Assembly (NCBI GenBank): GCA_951406725.2
Contig: OX597821.1
Span: 63,550,001 to 63,614,000, forward strand
DNA length: 64,000 bases
Source of the DNA: Octopus vulgaris
Taxonomy: Eukaryota
Reading direction: 5' to 3'
Numbering within the stretch: the stretch's first letter is position 1; every line of letters starts with the position of its first letter. Below the pieces are notes generated by a model that was not told the DNA's origin, made no database searches, and worked only from the letters and a program-made list of their open reading frames with translations. Made by a program: the position numbers and the translations under genes. Positions 14,200 through 25,323 of this stretch are shown here, piece after piece.

Positions 14200-15110
14200 G
14201 TTGTAGTGTAATTTGTTACGTAAAATAAATAAGATAACCAGGCATGAGTAACAGATGGATTTACACACCAACAAACAATATTCCTTGTGATCTAACCAAC
14301 CGACATCTTCCGACTTTACCGTGAAATAACATGGATATCCCTCGACTCCGAACTCTGAACCTCGGAATCACTGGGAATGTTACTATTTGTACTTTATTTG
14401 GACCAGTCTATCTCTTGCAAGGCGTCGTCGTAACTCTCATCACCACATTTCCCCTTCTGAGATTTCGACTACTATGAGAAAGTGGAATTTCTTTTTTTTT
14501 TATTGTTTTCCTTTCTAGTACCTCTGCTATTTTTCTTTTACATGTTGTATCTTAATTGTTGCTTGGCTTTTAAGGCAGTATTGTTCGTTGCGCACAACAC
14601 TTTTTCTATTCGTTGTATTTTTCGTTTAGGTATTACTTCCAGATATTCAGTTTATTTACGTTTTCTGAAGCTAGTTCGACGGGAATCAATATCTTTCGGT
14701 GCTGGCACTTCAAACATATCATTGAAGACTTCCATTGGTGTTTCTCTTCGTTCTTTTTCATGTCTCATATTTAAATGGTTAAAGTGTCTCTGATGTTCCG
14801 AAAATTGTCCTTTAATTAAATACACCGTGTTAACTCACCCTTTGATTACACATATATCTTCTCAGCCTTCCTTCTTAACATTTTGTAATTTTTTAAGTGA
14901 ACTTTATCTCCTACTTCGAAATGTTTTGTAATATTTCCGGTATTTCCTTCAAATGTATTTTTTGTTTTTCCTTTATATACATTTTTTCTTGGCAATAATC
15001 TATCGAAGATCGATTTTATTTTGCGCGCGAACATTAACTCTGCTGGTGACTTTCTATATACTCTCAAATATTACGCTAGTGCCTCGTCATTATCTATCTC
15101 TCATTACTGG
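14200..15110 (-). mobile_element. Gypsy LTR retrotransposon 3' remnant (integrase C-terminus, PPT, ~250 bp LTR)
   Basis: ORF 14846-15067 KSPAELMFARKIKSIFDRLLP...FEVGDKV is typical of the Gypsy post-integrase region. On the minus strand the purine tract agaaggggaaa directly precedes TGTGGTG (LTR start at 14447). Confidence 0.7.
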
Positions 15111-15119
15111 CTTTTCTTA

Positions 15120-15600
15120 GAGCTGCTTGCTTTCTCATTTGACGAAGGTCTTCTTTTCTCCTCTCCTCAGCTCTTTGGTTAAACTCTTCCTTGCTCATCA
15201 TTACACCCATATATTTTGCGGCATATTGCTGCAGGTCTTCATCACTATTTATCAAATACTCGGCAAGCGGTTGACTCCTTATATAATGGTCTATACTATT
15301 TAGTCTTCTGCCATTGTTCTTTTTTTTTTCATATACAGTCAGTTTACGTTTGCTTTAGGGTGTAGCGCTCCATGCAGCGTCAGCAACTTTCTCGTTCTTC
15401 TATCCAGTGTTGATATTTCCTCTTTAGTTCATTTGAGGATGGACGCACTATATCTGACCACCGCAACTACCCAGGTAGTCATTGCGGCAATTAAATTTCT
15501 GGCATTAAGTTTGGATTTCAACACCATCTTCACCCCTTTTTTGATACGCCTCGCTGGCCTTGGCTTTCATTCTCTGTGAAATCTTGCATACATTTATTTC
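15120..15600 (-). pseudogene. R4/Dong-like non-LTR retrotransposon RT fragment
   Basis: Minus-strand translation VLKSKLNARNLIAAMTTWVVAVVRYS...LDRRTRKLLTLHGALHPKANVN*LY; homologous to 53369-53520. Confidence 0.75.
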
Positions 15601-15619
15601 AGCACCACTTATTAATAAA

Positions 15620-15980
15620 TGCATTATTTTGTTCCGGGTAAACCGACATCTCAATATTCAAGAAATACTTCAAAACCAACTAATAGTGACTTAACATGAA
15701 AATGGACAGAATTTGGCATCGTGGTGTTATCAAGTACGTGCCCCCAAGGACAGCCATGCTGGCATAGTTGCTACATTAGGCGATGTTGCTCCCGGCTTTA
15801 TCAACAATGCAAGCTCGGTTAACTGAATTTAGTAGGGAAGGCAGATTCTTGAAGATGACATCATGCAACTGGAAGAAGTGCATGAACCGTAAAGGGGACT
15901 GAGTTAAAAAATATACCTCATCTTGTCACATTCTATGAAAGTAGCTTGGTCAGCCTTTGAAATTCTCAGCCGACCCTCGT
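15620..15980 (+). mobile_element. Deleted mariner remnant (irritans-like)
   Basis: MDRIWHRGVIKY...LEDD joined to WKKCM..KGD; 3' end tcagccgaccctcg resembles an irritans-type TIR. Confidence 0.6.
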
Positions 15981-16094
15981 CTGTATAAATATATGCATGT
16001 ATGTGTGTGTGTACGTGCGTGTGTCTGTGTGTGTATGAATATATTTGTGCCTGTAATATCTATATTAATATTATCTCTATGTATTTATTTATAT

Positions 16095-16295
16095 GCATTC
16101 ATCGTTAGCTTCTACACGCATTTTTTTCTCTCCTTGTTTCTCTCCTTGTTTTTCCTGTGTATCTTTCTGTCGAAGAGCGTAGGATCGAAACGTAAAAGAC
16201 TTTTTCTATTTCTATTCCTGAGCGCTATACTAATACATTTGTTTGTTTGTACTCCACCTGCCTTCGTCTTTTGTTTATTTTCATAAACTTTCCCG

Positions 16296-16298
<3 letters not shown>
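16095..16298 (+). mobile_element. Family D HHR-bearing insert ending in (TA)n
   Basis: Matches the reverse complement of 2848-3035. Confidence 0.7.
16162..16199 (+). ncRNA. Minimal type I hammerhead-like motif, variant core CUGUNGA
   Basis: tcttt CTGTCGA a gagc-gtag-gatc GAAA cg TA aaaga. Confidence 0.5.
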
Positions 16299-16334
<36 letters not shown>

Positions 16335-16344
<10 letters not shown>

Positions 16345-16930
16345 CATATATAGATAAAACTTACTTGGAAAAGGATGCGTGGCGTTCGATCATATAATAA
16401 TATAAATATATGCATATATATATACATATATGTACATACCTACATCTATATGTATATATACGTACATATATGGGTACAGGACATCAAAAAAACGTTGAAC
16501 ACAATGAGAAACGAAAACATAAAAACAAAAACATGGAAACGAACTTTTTTTCAAACAACGAAAAAACAGAGTACAAGACATACAACTTAAACCCCTCGCA
16601 AAAAATCCCAACTTTTATTTAATTTGCTTTGCGGGAAAGACCGTTTCAACGAAGTCGCGTCTTGTCCTTACCTTCGTAATGCGGAGAAGGTGAAATAGGG
16701 ACAACTGAAGAAGGGCAATATTCCTTGTTTTTTATGTCTTGTACTCTGTTTTTTCGTTGTTTGAAAAAAAGGTCGTTTTCATGTTTTTGTTTTTATGTTT
16801 TCATTTCACATTGAGTTCAACGTTATTTTTATGTCCTGCACCCATATATGCATGTATATATACATATAAATGTAGGTATGTACATATATGCATGTATATA
16901 TGCATATATTTATATATTATTTATATTATT
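16335..16930 (+). mobile_element. Fold-back (TA)n insert, family E
   Basis: Arms ~16393-16582 / 16733-16925; a second, single-arm copy lies at 39285-39660. Confidence 0.7.
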
Positions 16931-16952
16931 ATATATAGATAGAGATATTTAG

Positions 16953-16953
16953 T

Positions 16954-17026
<73 letters not shown>

Positions 17027-17030
17027 GGAT
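16953..17030. repeat. (GATA)n microsatellite
   Basis: Direct inspection. Confidence 0.95.
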
Positions 17031-17816
17031 GGATAGTTAGATATAGATATATAGATATAGATACATATATATATACATACATATATACATACAAGCATGA
17101 GTGTGTGTGTCCGCGCTCGCCTCTGTGCGTTTGAGTTTATACGTTTGTGTGTATTTACCTATTTGTATTTAAGTGTACAACAGTTAAAGCATTTTGAAAC
17201 GCACAATTTGATGTATCTTAATAATATCTGCATTTTGCTTTTGCTTGTTTCAATTTTACGTCATACTAATTCATATTTGGAATTATGCTGAATGATTGAG
17301 CTGAGACTATAATATTAATAACGCAAATAGCATTATAACAGTGAAAAATAGAGAATCTAACGGATTAGCAGTAGATTGCATTATTTTTTGAAATCTCCAT
17401 TCTAGCTACATGCAGAAATGACGTGACGGAGATTAGTTACACTTATCATTTAAGTGAAACAGATTACTGGTTTATTTACAGAACTGTATATTACAATATC
17501 GATTATCTCTATAGAAACATTATTATGAAAATAACAATCAAATGAAAAGTATATTCGTCTCCAAGAAGCAACAGCAAATATACATTCGGTTATCTGGATA
17601 CATGCAGTGGGACACACCTGAACAAACAGAACGGATTAACAAATATTTGACTTGTACAAAATCCAATAAAGTCCCAGTACTATAGCTCATACTATACATG
17701 AAGTAATTGCTCTATGTACTTTGCCAGGAACAGCTATTCCCTTTACACAACACAATCAACATATAAGTTGCGAGTTTTCCTAGTGAATACACGCTTGCAT
17801 ACATAAATACATACAC

Positions 17817-17910
<94 letters not shown>

Positions 17911-18239
17911 AAGTATTTATGTATGCATGCGTGTATTCACCAGGAATATATTATATTATATTATATTATATTATATTATATTATATTATATATAACTGAT
18001 TGAGCTGGAAGTATAGTCTCACATTATTGATACAATACAAGAGGTTCGCTATCCCGAGTGCGATCAGTATATATGTGGAGTTTGCTATTATGTCGCTTAC
18101 GCATAAATGAAGAAGACTGCAGTCCTTCTGCGGGTAGGTGTATCAACAGAAGAACAGACATCCTTTGTTTATATATTTGATTTTGTTTTTCTATTATCCT
18201 CCCTTCATTAAATTTTTCCGAGTATATACTCCCACACAC

Positions 18240-18297
<58 letters not shown>

Positions 18298-18300
18298 TTA

Positions 18301-18485
18301 TATATAATATTATTATATATAAAAACCACTATTTTGCAAAACAAACAAGGAAAGACTTAATCAATACATAAAATTTTAATAAAAAGTCAAAATAACCGCC
18401 ACTACAATTGTTTCTTGTCCTGATCGACAATCTTCAGGTGGACTTCCAATCTAAAATATCAATATTTTAAAATATAAAAATAATA
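18301..18485 (-). repeat. Inverted partial pLTR at the PLE 5' end
   Basis: Reverse complement of ~20002-20186 and ~26840-27024. Confidence 0.92.
18399..18441 (-). ncRNA. Minimal type I hammerhead ribozyme (inverted copy)
   Basis: Reverse complement: ccac CTGAAGA ttgtc-gatcag-gacaa GAAA caattg TA gtgg. Confidence 0.85.
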
Positions 18486-20266
18486 TGAGGCTTATATGTA
18501 CTTGTGGGTGTGTGTGAGTGGGGTGGGTGTTTGTATTTGTTATGGGTGTGTGGTTTACGTGTGTGTATTTGTGTGTGAATGTATAGGTTAAAGGGATTGC
18601 TATATAAGTATGTTGTAAGGTTTAGTAAAGGGAGGTTTTATCATTTATGTTTTTATGAGTTTTAATTTATCATGGTAGTTTTATTAAAGAATCCATTCAT
18701 AATTTTTTTGAATAATGTTAGTTTACCGCGTGAATATAATTTTTAATTCCATTTATTCTATTTCTCCATTCATAATTTTAAATGACGTTTGCTTCCATAG
18801 CGCGTATTCTTTTTATACATAAGTTATGTTCCTATGGTAACGTAATTTTGGTTTGATGCTTTTAACGGCTTAGAATTTAATTTCACTTCATAATTTGAAA
18901 CTGACTTGAAAGTATGTATATTATTTCTCCTTATGTCATATTGTTATTTTTGATATTCTGGTTACTTACGATGTATTTTATATATCGTATTATGTGTAAT
19001 AATGTTGTTTTTCTTTGGAGTGTTTATGTATGTGGGATTGTGTGTGAGTGTGTGCGTATTTTAGTTGTATAATTTATTTATCTGTATGAGTGTGGGTGTG
19101 TTAATATTGTTGTATATATCGAGTTTAGTGAGTATGTATATGTATATGGTGTGTGTTTTACGTATGTATATTTGTGTGTGAATGTGTTTATGGGTTTGCT
19201 ATATAGGTTTGGGGATGTATGTGTTTATTTATCTGTGTGGGGTTGAGTGGGTTTTTGGAGTATATATTGAGGTTTATATGTATGTATAGGTATGTGTGAG
19301 TGAGGTGGGTATTTGTATATGTCGTGGGTGTGTGGTTTACGTGTGTGTATTTGTGTGTGAATGTTTAGGTTAGGGGGATTGCTATATAGGTATGTTATAG
19401 AGTTTAGTAAAGGGAGATTTTATCATTATATGTTTTTGTGAGTTTTGGTTTATCATGGTGGTTTTGTTAAGGAATTCGTAGTAATTTGTGTCTATTTGCG
19501 ATGTCTGTTGTTTTGTTACATTGTTTCATTCATAATTTTTAAGTAATGTTCGTTTTACCAAGTGAATATAATTTTTAATTCCATTTATTCCATTTCTCCA
19601 TTCATAATTTTAAATGATGTCCGTTTCTAGAGCGAGAATGTGGGTTGTATGTGTGTGTGAGGGAGTATGAATAAGTATTGTGTTGAAGTATTTGGCTATT
19701 TTATTTATTTATCGTTGCCTAGACGTTTTTATGTGTATGTATAGGGATATATATATAGGTGTGTGATTTAGTGTATGTATTTAGATATGGTTATATATAA
19801 TTAGTTATATGTGTATGGGTGTATATATAGTTTATTTTTTGTTCTGTTTTATATTTTATATTTTATATTTTATATTTAATTGTTGATAGGTTTATTTTAG
19901 TTTATATATTGTTTATATATTGATTATATATGGATTATATATAGGTTATATATAGATTATATATTTATATTTTTTCATTAATACTTTAATTATTTTAAAA
20001 TTATTATTTTTATATTTTAAAATATTGATATTTTAGATTGGAAGTCCACCTGAAGATTGTCGTTCAGGACAAGAAACAATTGTAGTGGCGGTTATTTTGA
20101 CTTTTTATTAAAATTTTATGTATTGATTAAGTCTTTCCTTGTTTGTTTTGCAAAATAGTGGTTTTGTCTCTAATAATATTATATAATATTTTACTATAAA
20201 ATTGGATTTAATCCTAAATCTGATTTTTTCCCTGTAAATTTGGATTTATTCCCTAATATTTATTAT
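18486..20266 (+). repeat. 5' pseudo-LTR, 1781 bp
   Basis: Direct repeat of 25324-27104 at constant offset 6838; roughly a dozen substitutions seen by eye. Confidence 0.95.
20046..20088 (+). ncRNA. Minimal type I hammerhead ribozyme
   Basis: Stem I ccac/gtgg, core CTGAAGA, stem II ttgtc/gacaa, GAAA, palindromic stem III caattg, cleavage site GUA; this is the PLE-type HHR that can work as a dimer. Confidence 0.88.
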
Positions 20267-20323
20267 TTTTATTTAATATTGATAATTTTGTATATTGAGT
20301 GTAATACCTCAATTTCGTAAATT

Positions 20324-22846
20324 ATGGATTTTACAGGTAAGGTAGAACCGCTGTTTTGGGATTCATCTTTGAAATATATTCCTATTCCTTCTAGAAAGGA
20401 ATTTATCTTGAAACTTGTTAATAATGTTAAAGATTTTATTTCTAGAATTAAATGGAAAGCTTTTTACTATAATTTTTATTTATTTAATGATATTGATAGT
20501 AGGAATGATAATTTTACCTCTAAATTCAAATCTAGAAAGGAACCTCCATTTAATAAAGAATTACAATTACTTGAAGATAGTATATGGAAGGTGGTAAAAA
20601 ATATTGAATTCCATAAATACCCAAATAGAAATAATGAATATTTAAGGAACTTAGCAATTAAAATTAAAGATATGAGAAATATGGATGGTATTATAGTACA
20701 ATCTGATAAAACAAGGAACCTATATAAATTAGATGTTAAATTATATGATAAACTATTAGGGAAAGAAATAATTAAAAAATATAAAATTGTTCCAGATGAT
20801 ATTCTTTATAATATTAATAAGGCCTCTAAATTAGTAATGTTAAAATATGAGTTGGATAATAAAACTGAACCTTATGTACCTTTGCACCCCAGAATTACTC
20901 TTAAAGACCATAAAGATAATTTTTATTCAGACCCTAAAGTTAGATTAATTTGCCCATGTAAATCGGACCTAGGTAAATTAAGTAAATTTATTTTAGATAA
21001 ATATATCGATAAGTTATATAAACTTAATTATTTAAAATTATGGTTTAGTAATAACAATACATTGAAATGGTTTAATAATATTAAAGATAAAAATCGTTAT
21101 AAATTTATTCAAATAGATATAGATAATTATTATTCTTCTATTAATGAAATTGTGTTTAATAAAGCGCTTATTTTCGCAATGAATAAAGTGGGTATGTCAC
21201 GGGAAGAAATTAATGTAATTAAAATGGCTAGGAAATCGCAAATTATTAAATATAAAAATAAATTATGGGCTAGGAATGATACTAGGGATTGTTTTGATAT
21301 ACCTATGGGAGCACCAGATTCTGCACAGGCTACTGATTTAGTAGGTATTTTTCTTTTATCTGAACTCCAATTAGAAAATCTTAAGATAGAGGGTGGCTTA
21401 TATAGAGACGATCTTCTACTAGTTACAAAGAATTGTAATAATAGGAATCTAGAAGTATATAAGAAAAAACTATATAGTTTCTTTAAAAGATATGGTTTAA
21501 GTATTACTATATATAAGGAGAATTATAATGTTAATTACTTAGATGTTAATTTTAATCTTATTACTGGTAAAACACAACCATATCATAAACTTAATGAGAA
21601 CCTTAGATATATAAATGTTAATAGTAATCACCCATTTTCTATTAAAAAATCGTTGATTAATAATATAAGTAAACGTATTTCATTACTCTCTTATGATATA
21701 GAGATTTTTAATAAACATGCTAATTATTATAATGAGGCCCTTAGAGGGGCAGGTTATAATAGGAATATTAAATTTTATAATATTAGTGATAAAGATTTAA
21801 ATGATAATTTTCGAGATACTTCTAATTATAATTATAATTTTGTTAGGTTTAGTGGTAAAAAAAATAATAGATATTATAAAAATAATAAAAATGATAAAAA
21901 TATAAATAAGAATAATAATAATAATAATAAAAATAATAATAATAATAATACAAATAAGAATAATAAAAATAAAAATAAATTTAATAATTATTATAATAAT
22001 TATATTGATAAAATTAATAATATTAATAATTCCTTAAATGCTGTACATAGATATAATTCTGATAATAATTTTAATAAAATAAAGAATTATAAATATATTT
22101 ATAATAATGATAATAATAATAAGGTTAATAAGAATAAAATTTGGTTAATAGTTCCTTATGGAGATCAAGTAAAAACGAATATTATTAAAGAGATTTTAGA
22201 TGTTATAGAACTATTTATTAGAGATAATCGTAAATATAGAAACATTTTCTCTATTAATAATTTTGGAGTAGGTTATTCTACCACTAATAATGTAGGTAAC
22301 ATTATTTCTTCATTTAATAAATATAAACTGAATAATTTTTATAAAAAGAAATTATTTGATAATAATATTAATAATGTTAAGACTTATATTAATTGTACAT
22401 GTAGAGATAAATCTAATTGTATATTAAATAATAATTGTGGTATTAACGATGTAGTGTATAAATGTATAGTTACATTACATGATAATAACTTTAAGAATAA
22501 TAATTACCCAAAAGCGGTTTATATAGGTTCTACTTCCTCAAAAATAAAATTAAGAATCGCACAACATATGAATTCTTTTAAAAATAAAAACTTAATCAAC
22601 TCAACCCGACTTAGTAAGTACATTTGGAGTCTTAAATCACTAAATATTAATTATAGTTTAATTTGGGAAATAATTTGTAAATCTAAATCATATACTATAG
22701 GAGCTAATTGTTGTTATTTATGCTCTAATGAGTTTAAAGAAATTTTATTTTATAAGTATGATAATTTACTTAATACTGGTGAAGAGCGCAAAATAAAATG
22801 CAGACATAAGTTACTTTACCTATATAATAAGTTTCATGATAAATAG
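20324..22846 (+). CDS. PLE reverse transcriptase + C-terminal GIY-YIG endonuclease (840 aa)
   Basis: RT motifs SDKTRN, KDHK, PKVRLI, IDIDNYYSSI, DIPMGAPDS, GLYRDD, NYLDVNF, YINVNSNHP. Asn-rich insertion, then CxCx5C (CTCRDKSNC), then endonuclease VVY...VYIGST..KLRIAQH...CYLC.NE...LLN...KCRH. Confidence 0.95.
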   Translation: MDFTGKVEPLFWDSSLKYIPIPSRKEFILKLVNNVKDFISRIKWKAFYYNFYLFNDIDSRNDNFTSKFKSRKEPPFNKELQLLEDSIWKVVKNIEFHKYPNRNNEYLRNLAIKIKDMRNMDGIIVQSDKTRNLYKLDVKLYDKLLGKEIIKKYKIVPDDILYNINKASKLVMLKYELDNKTEPYVPLHPRITLKDHKDNFYSDPKVRLICPCKSDLGKLSKFILDKYIDKLYKLNYLKLWFSNNNTLKWFNNIKDKNRYKFIQIDIDNYYSSINEIVFNKALIFAMNKVGMSREEINVIKMARKSQIIKYKNKLWARNDTRDCFDIPMGAPDSAQATDLVGIFLLSELQLENLKIEGGLYRDDLLLVTKNCNNRNLEVYKKKLYSFFKRYGLSITIYKENYNVNYLDVNFNLITGKTQPYHKLNENLRYINVNSNHPFSIKKSLINNISKRISLLSYDIEIFNKHANYYNEALRGAGYNRNIKFYNISDKDLNDNFRDTSNYNYNFVRFSGKKNNRYYKNNKNDKNINKNNNNNNKNNNNNNTNKNNKNKNKFNNYYNNYIDKINNINNSLNAVHRYNSDNNFNKIKNYKYIYNNDNNNKVNKNKIWLIVPYGDQVKTNIIKEILDVIELFIRDNRKYRNIFSINNFGVGYSTTNNVGNIISSFNKYKLNNFYKKKLFDNNINNVKTYINCTCRDKSNCILNNNCGINDVVYKCIVTLHDNNFKNNNYPKAVYIGSTSSKIKLRIAQHMNSFKNKNLINSTRLSKYIWSLKSLNINYSLIWEIICKSKSYTIGANCCYLCSNEFKEILFYKYDNLLNTGEERKIKCRHKLLYLYNKFHDK

Positions 22847-24267
22847 CATTAATAGTTCCCTATTAGGTTACTTTAGTTTAGTTTAATTTAGTTTAGATAA
22901 TTATATATATTTGGTTATGTAGTCTAGGCTTTAATTATAGTTAGTCTTTATTGATATTTCTTTGTTTTAATTAGTTCATTTTTAATGTATATTAATATAA
23001 CAGTTTATGGTACGTTAAAACTTTAATAATTTATATTAGATTTTTTTATTTTCTTTAATTATATATATATTTTTTTAATTTTATTTTATTATGTATTTTT
23101 ATTATGCATTTGTTATATGTATATTGGAGGATATATTTATTTGGTTGATGGGTGTTATTTAGTGGTGTATATATTGAGTTTTGTATGTATGTATGAATGT
23201 TTACGATCCCTTTGTTTTTTATTTGGTATGTTGAATTGACAGATTTTATTTGGGTATTGTCTGTTATAATAAAGTACACACACCCATAACAAATACAAGT
23301 GCCCACCTCATTCACACGTACCTGGAATTACATATAAACCTCAACATATACACCAAAAAACCACTCCCACCCCACACGGACAAATAAACACATACATCCC
23401 CAAAAATGGGCGCAATCCCACTCACACCAATCATACATGTATACAATTACACACACAAGAACAATACATAACTAACCCAAATATACAGAACATACTACAA
23501 ATCACCAACAAACCACCATCACAAATGAAACCCACACCCATACAATGACAAAACTCCCCCCTCCATACCCAATTACACCCACATAGCAATCCCCATATAT
23601 TCATCCATACACAAACACACATACGCAAAACACACACAAACAACACATACGTACAACCCCCCAAACACACTCATATACATACGTATCAAACTCGACATCC
23701 ACAACAATACGCTCACACCCACTCACACCCAGATAAACAAACTACACAACCAAAAAACGCAAACACACACGTGTGCGTATTTTAATTGTGCAATTCACCC
23801 ATCCGCATGAATGCGGGCGCGAACACACCGTTGCACATATTGAGCCCAACAAGCATGCACATGTACATGTGAGGGGGTACACGCACATGCCGTGCGCGTA
23901 TACCCCCCGCACTTATACCCGTGCGTGAATATACACATGGAGACTACCACACAGGTACAAACGTGCATAGCAAAGGGAGCCCCATCACTACACTCAATGC
24001 ATACTCTCACCCATCCGCACGGATGTAGAAGCGAATCACCGGTGCATATATTGAGGCTCATACGTAGCACTATGGAGGCGTACGTCATTAAAATTATGAA
24101 TGGAATAAATGGAATTGGGAATTGTAACCGGGTGGTAGGCTAGCGTTACTTGAAATTGGGAATGGAATAATGTGGTGAAATGGCAGACGTCGGGAGTAGA
24201 CGTGGATTGCTACAAATTGTTTGTTAGAACTACCAAGATAAACTAAAACTCATAAATACATATAGTA

Positions 24268-25310
24268 ATTTATCATGGTAGTTTTATTAAAGAATCCATT
24301 CATAATTTTTTTAAGTAGTGTTGGTTTGCCGCGTGAATAGAGTTTTTAATTCCATTTATTCTATTTCTCCATTCATAATTTTAAATGATGTTTGCTTCCA
24401 TAGCGCGTATTCTTTTTATACATAAGTTATGTTCCTATGGTAACGTGATTTTGGTTTGATTTTTTTAACGGCTTAGAATTTAATTTCACTTCATAATTTG
24501 AAAGTGACTTGAAAGTATGTATATTATTTCTCCTTATGTCATATTGTTATTTTTGATATTCTGGTTAATTACGATGTATTTTATATATCGTTTTATGTGT
24601 AATAATGTTGTTTTTCTTTGGAGTGTTTATGTATGTGAGATTGTGTGTGAGTGTGTGCGTATTTTAGTTGTATAATTTATTTATCTGTATGAGTGTGGGT
24701 GTGTAAATATTGTTGTATATATCGAGTTTAGTGAGTATGTATATGCGTATATGTGAGGGAGTATATGTATATGTTGTGTGAATGTGTTTTACGTATGTAT
24801 ATTTGTGTGTGAATGTGTATATGGGTTTGTTATATAGGTTTGGGGATGTATGTGTTAATTTGTCTGTGTGGGGAGGGAGTGGGTTCTTGGTGTATATTGA
24901 GGTTTATACGTTAGTATAGGTATGTGTGAGTGAGGTGGGTATTTGTATAAGTAGTGGGTCTGTGGTTTACGTGTGTGTATTTGTGTGTGAACGTTTAGGT
25001 TAGGGGGATTGCTATTTAGGTTTGTTATAGAGTTTAGCAAAGGGAGATTTTATCATTATATGTTTTTGTGAGTTTTGGTTTATCATGGTAGTTTTGTTAA
25101 GGAATTCGTAGTAATTTGTCTATTTACGATGTTTGTTGTTTTGTTACATTGTTTCATTCATAATTTTTGAGTGGTGTTCGTTTTACCACTTGAATATTAT
25201 TTTTAATTCCATTTATTCCATTTCTCCATTCATAATTTTAAAAGATGTTCGTTTCCAGAGCGGGAATACTTTTTATACATATGTTAGGTTCCTTGGTAAC
25301 GTAATTTTGT
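24268..25310 (+). repeat. Additional tandem copy of pLTR-internal units in the PLE 3' UTR
   Basis: 24268-25270 resembles 25503-26475 and 18665-19635. A ~360-400 bp subrepeat starts at 18486, 19268, 24898, 25324 and 26106. Confidence 0.85.
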
Positions 25311-25323
25311 TTGGTGTATATGT

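Noticed and set aside
14482-14793. 103-aa hydrophobic ORF
   Set aside because: Antisense to the Gypsy remnant's 3' region.
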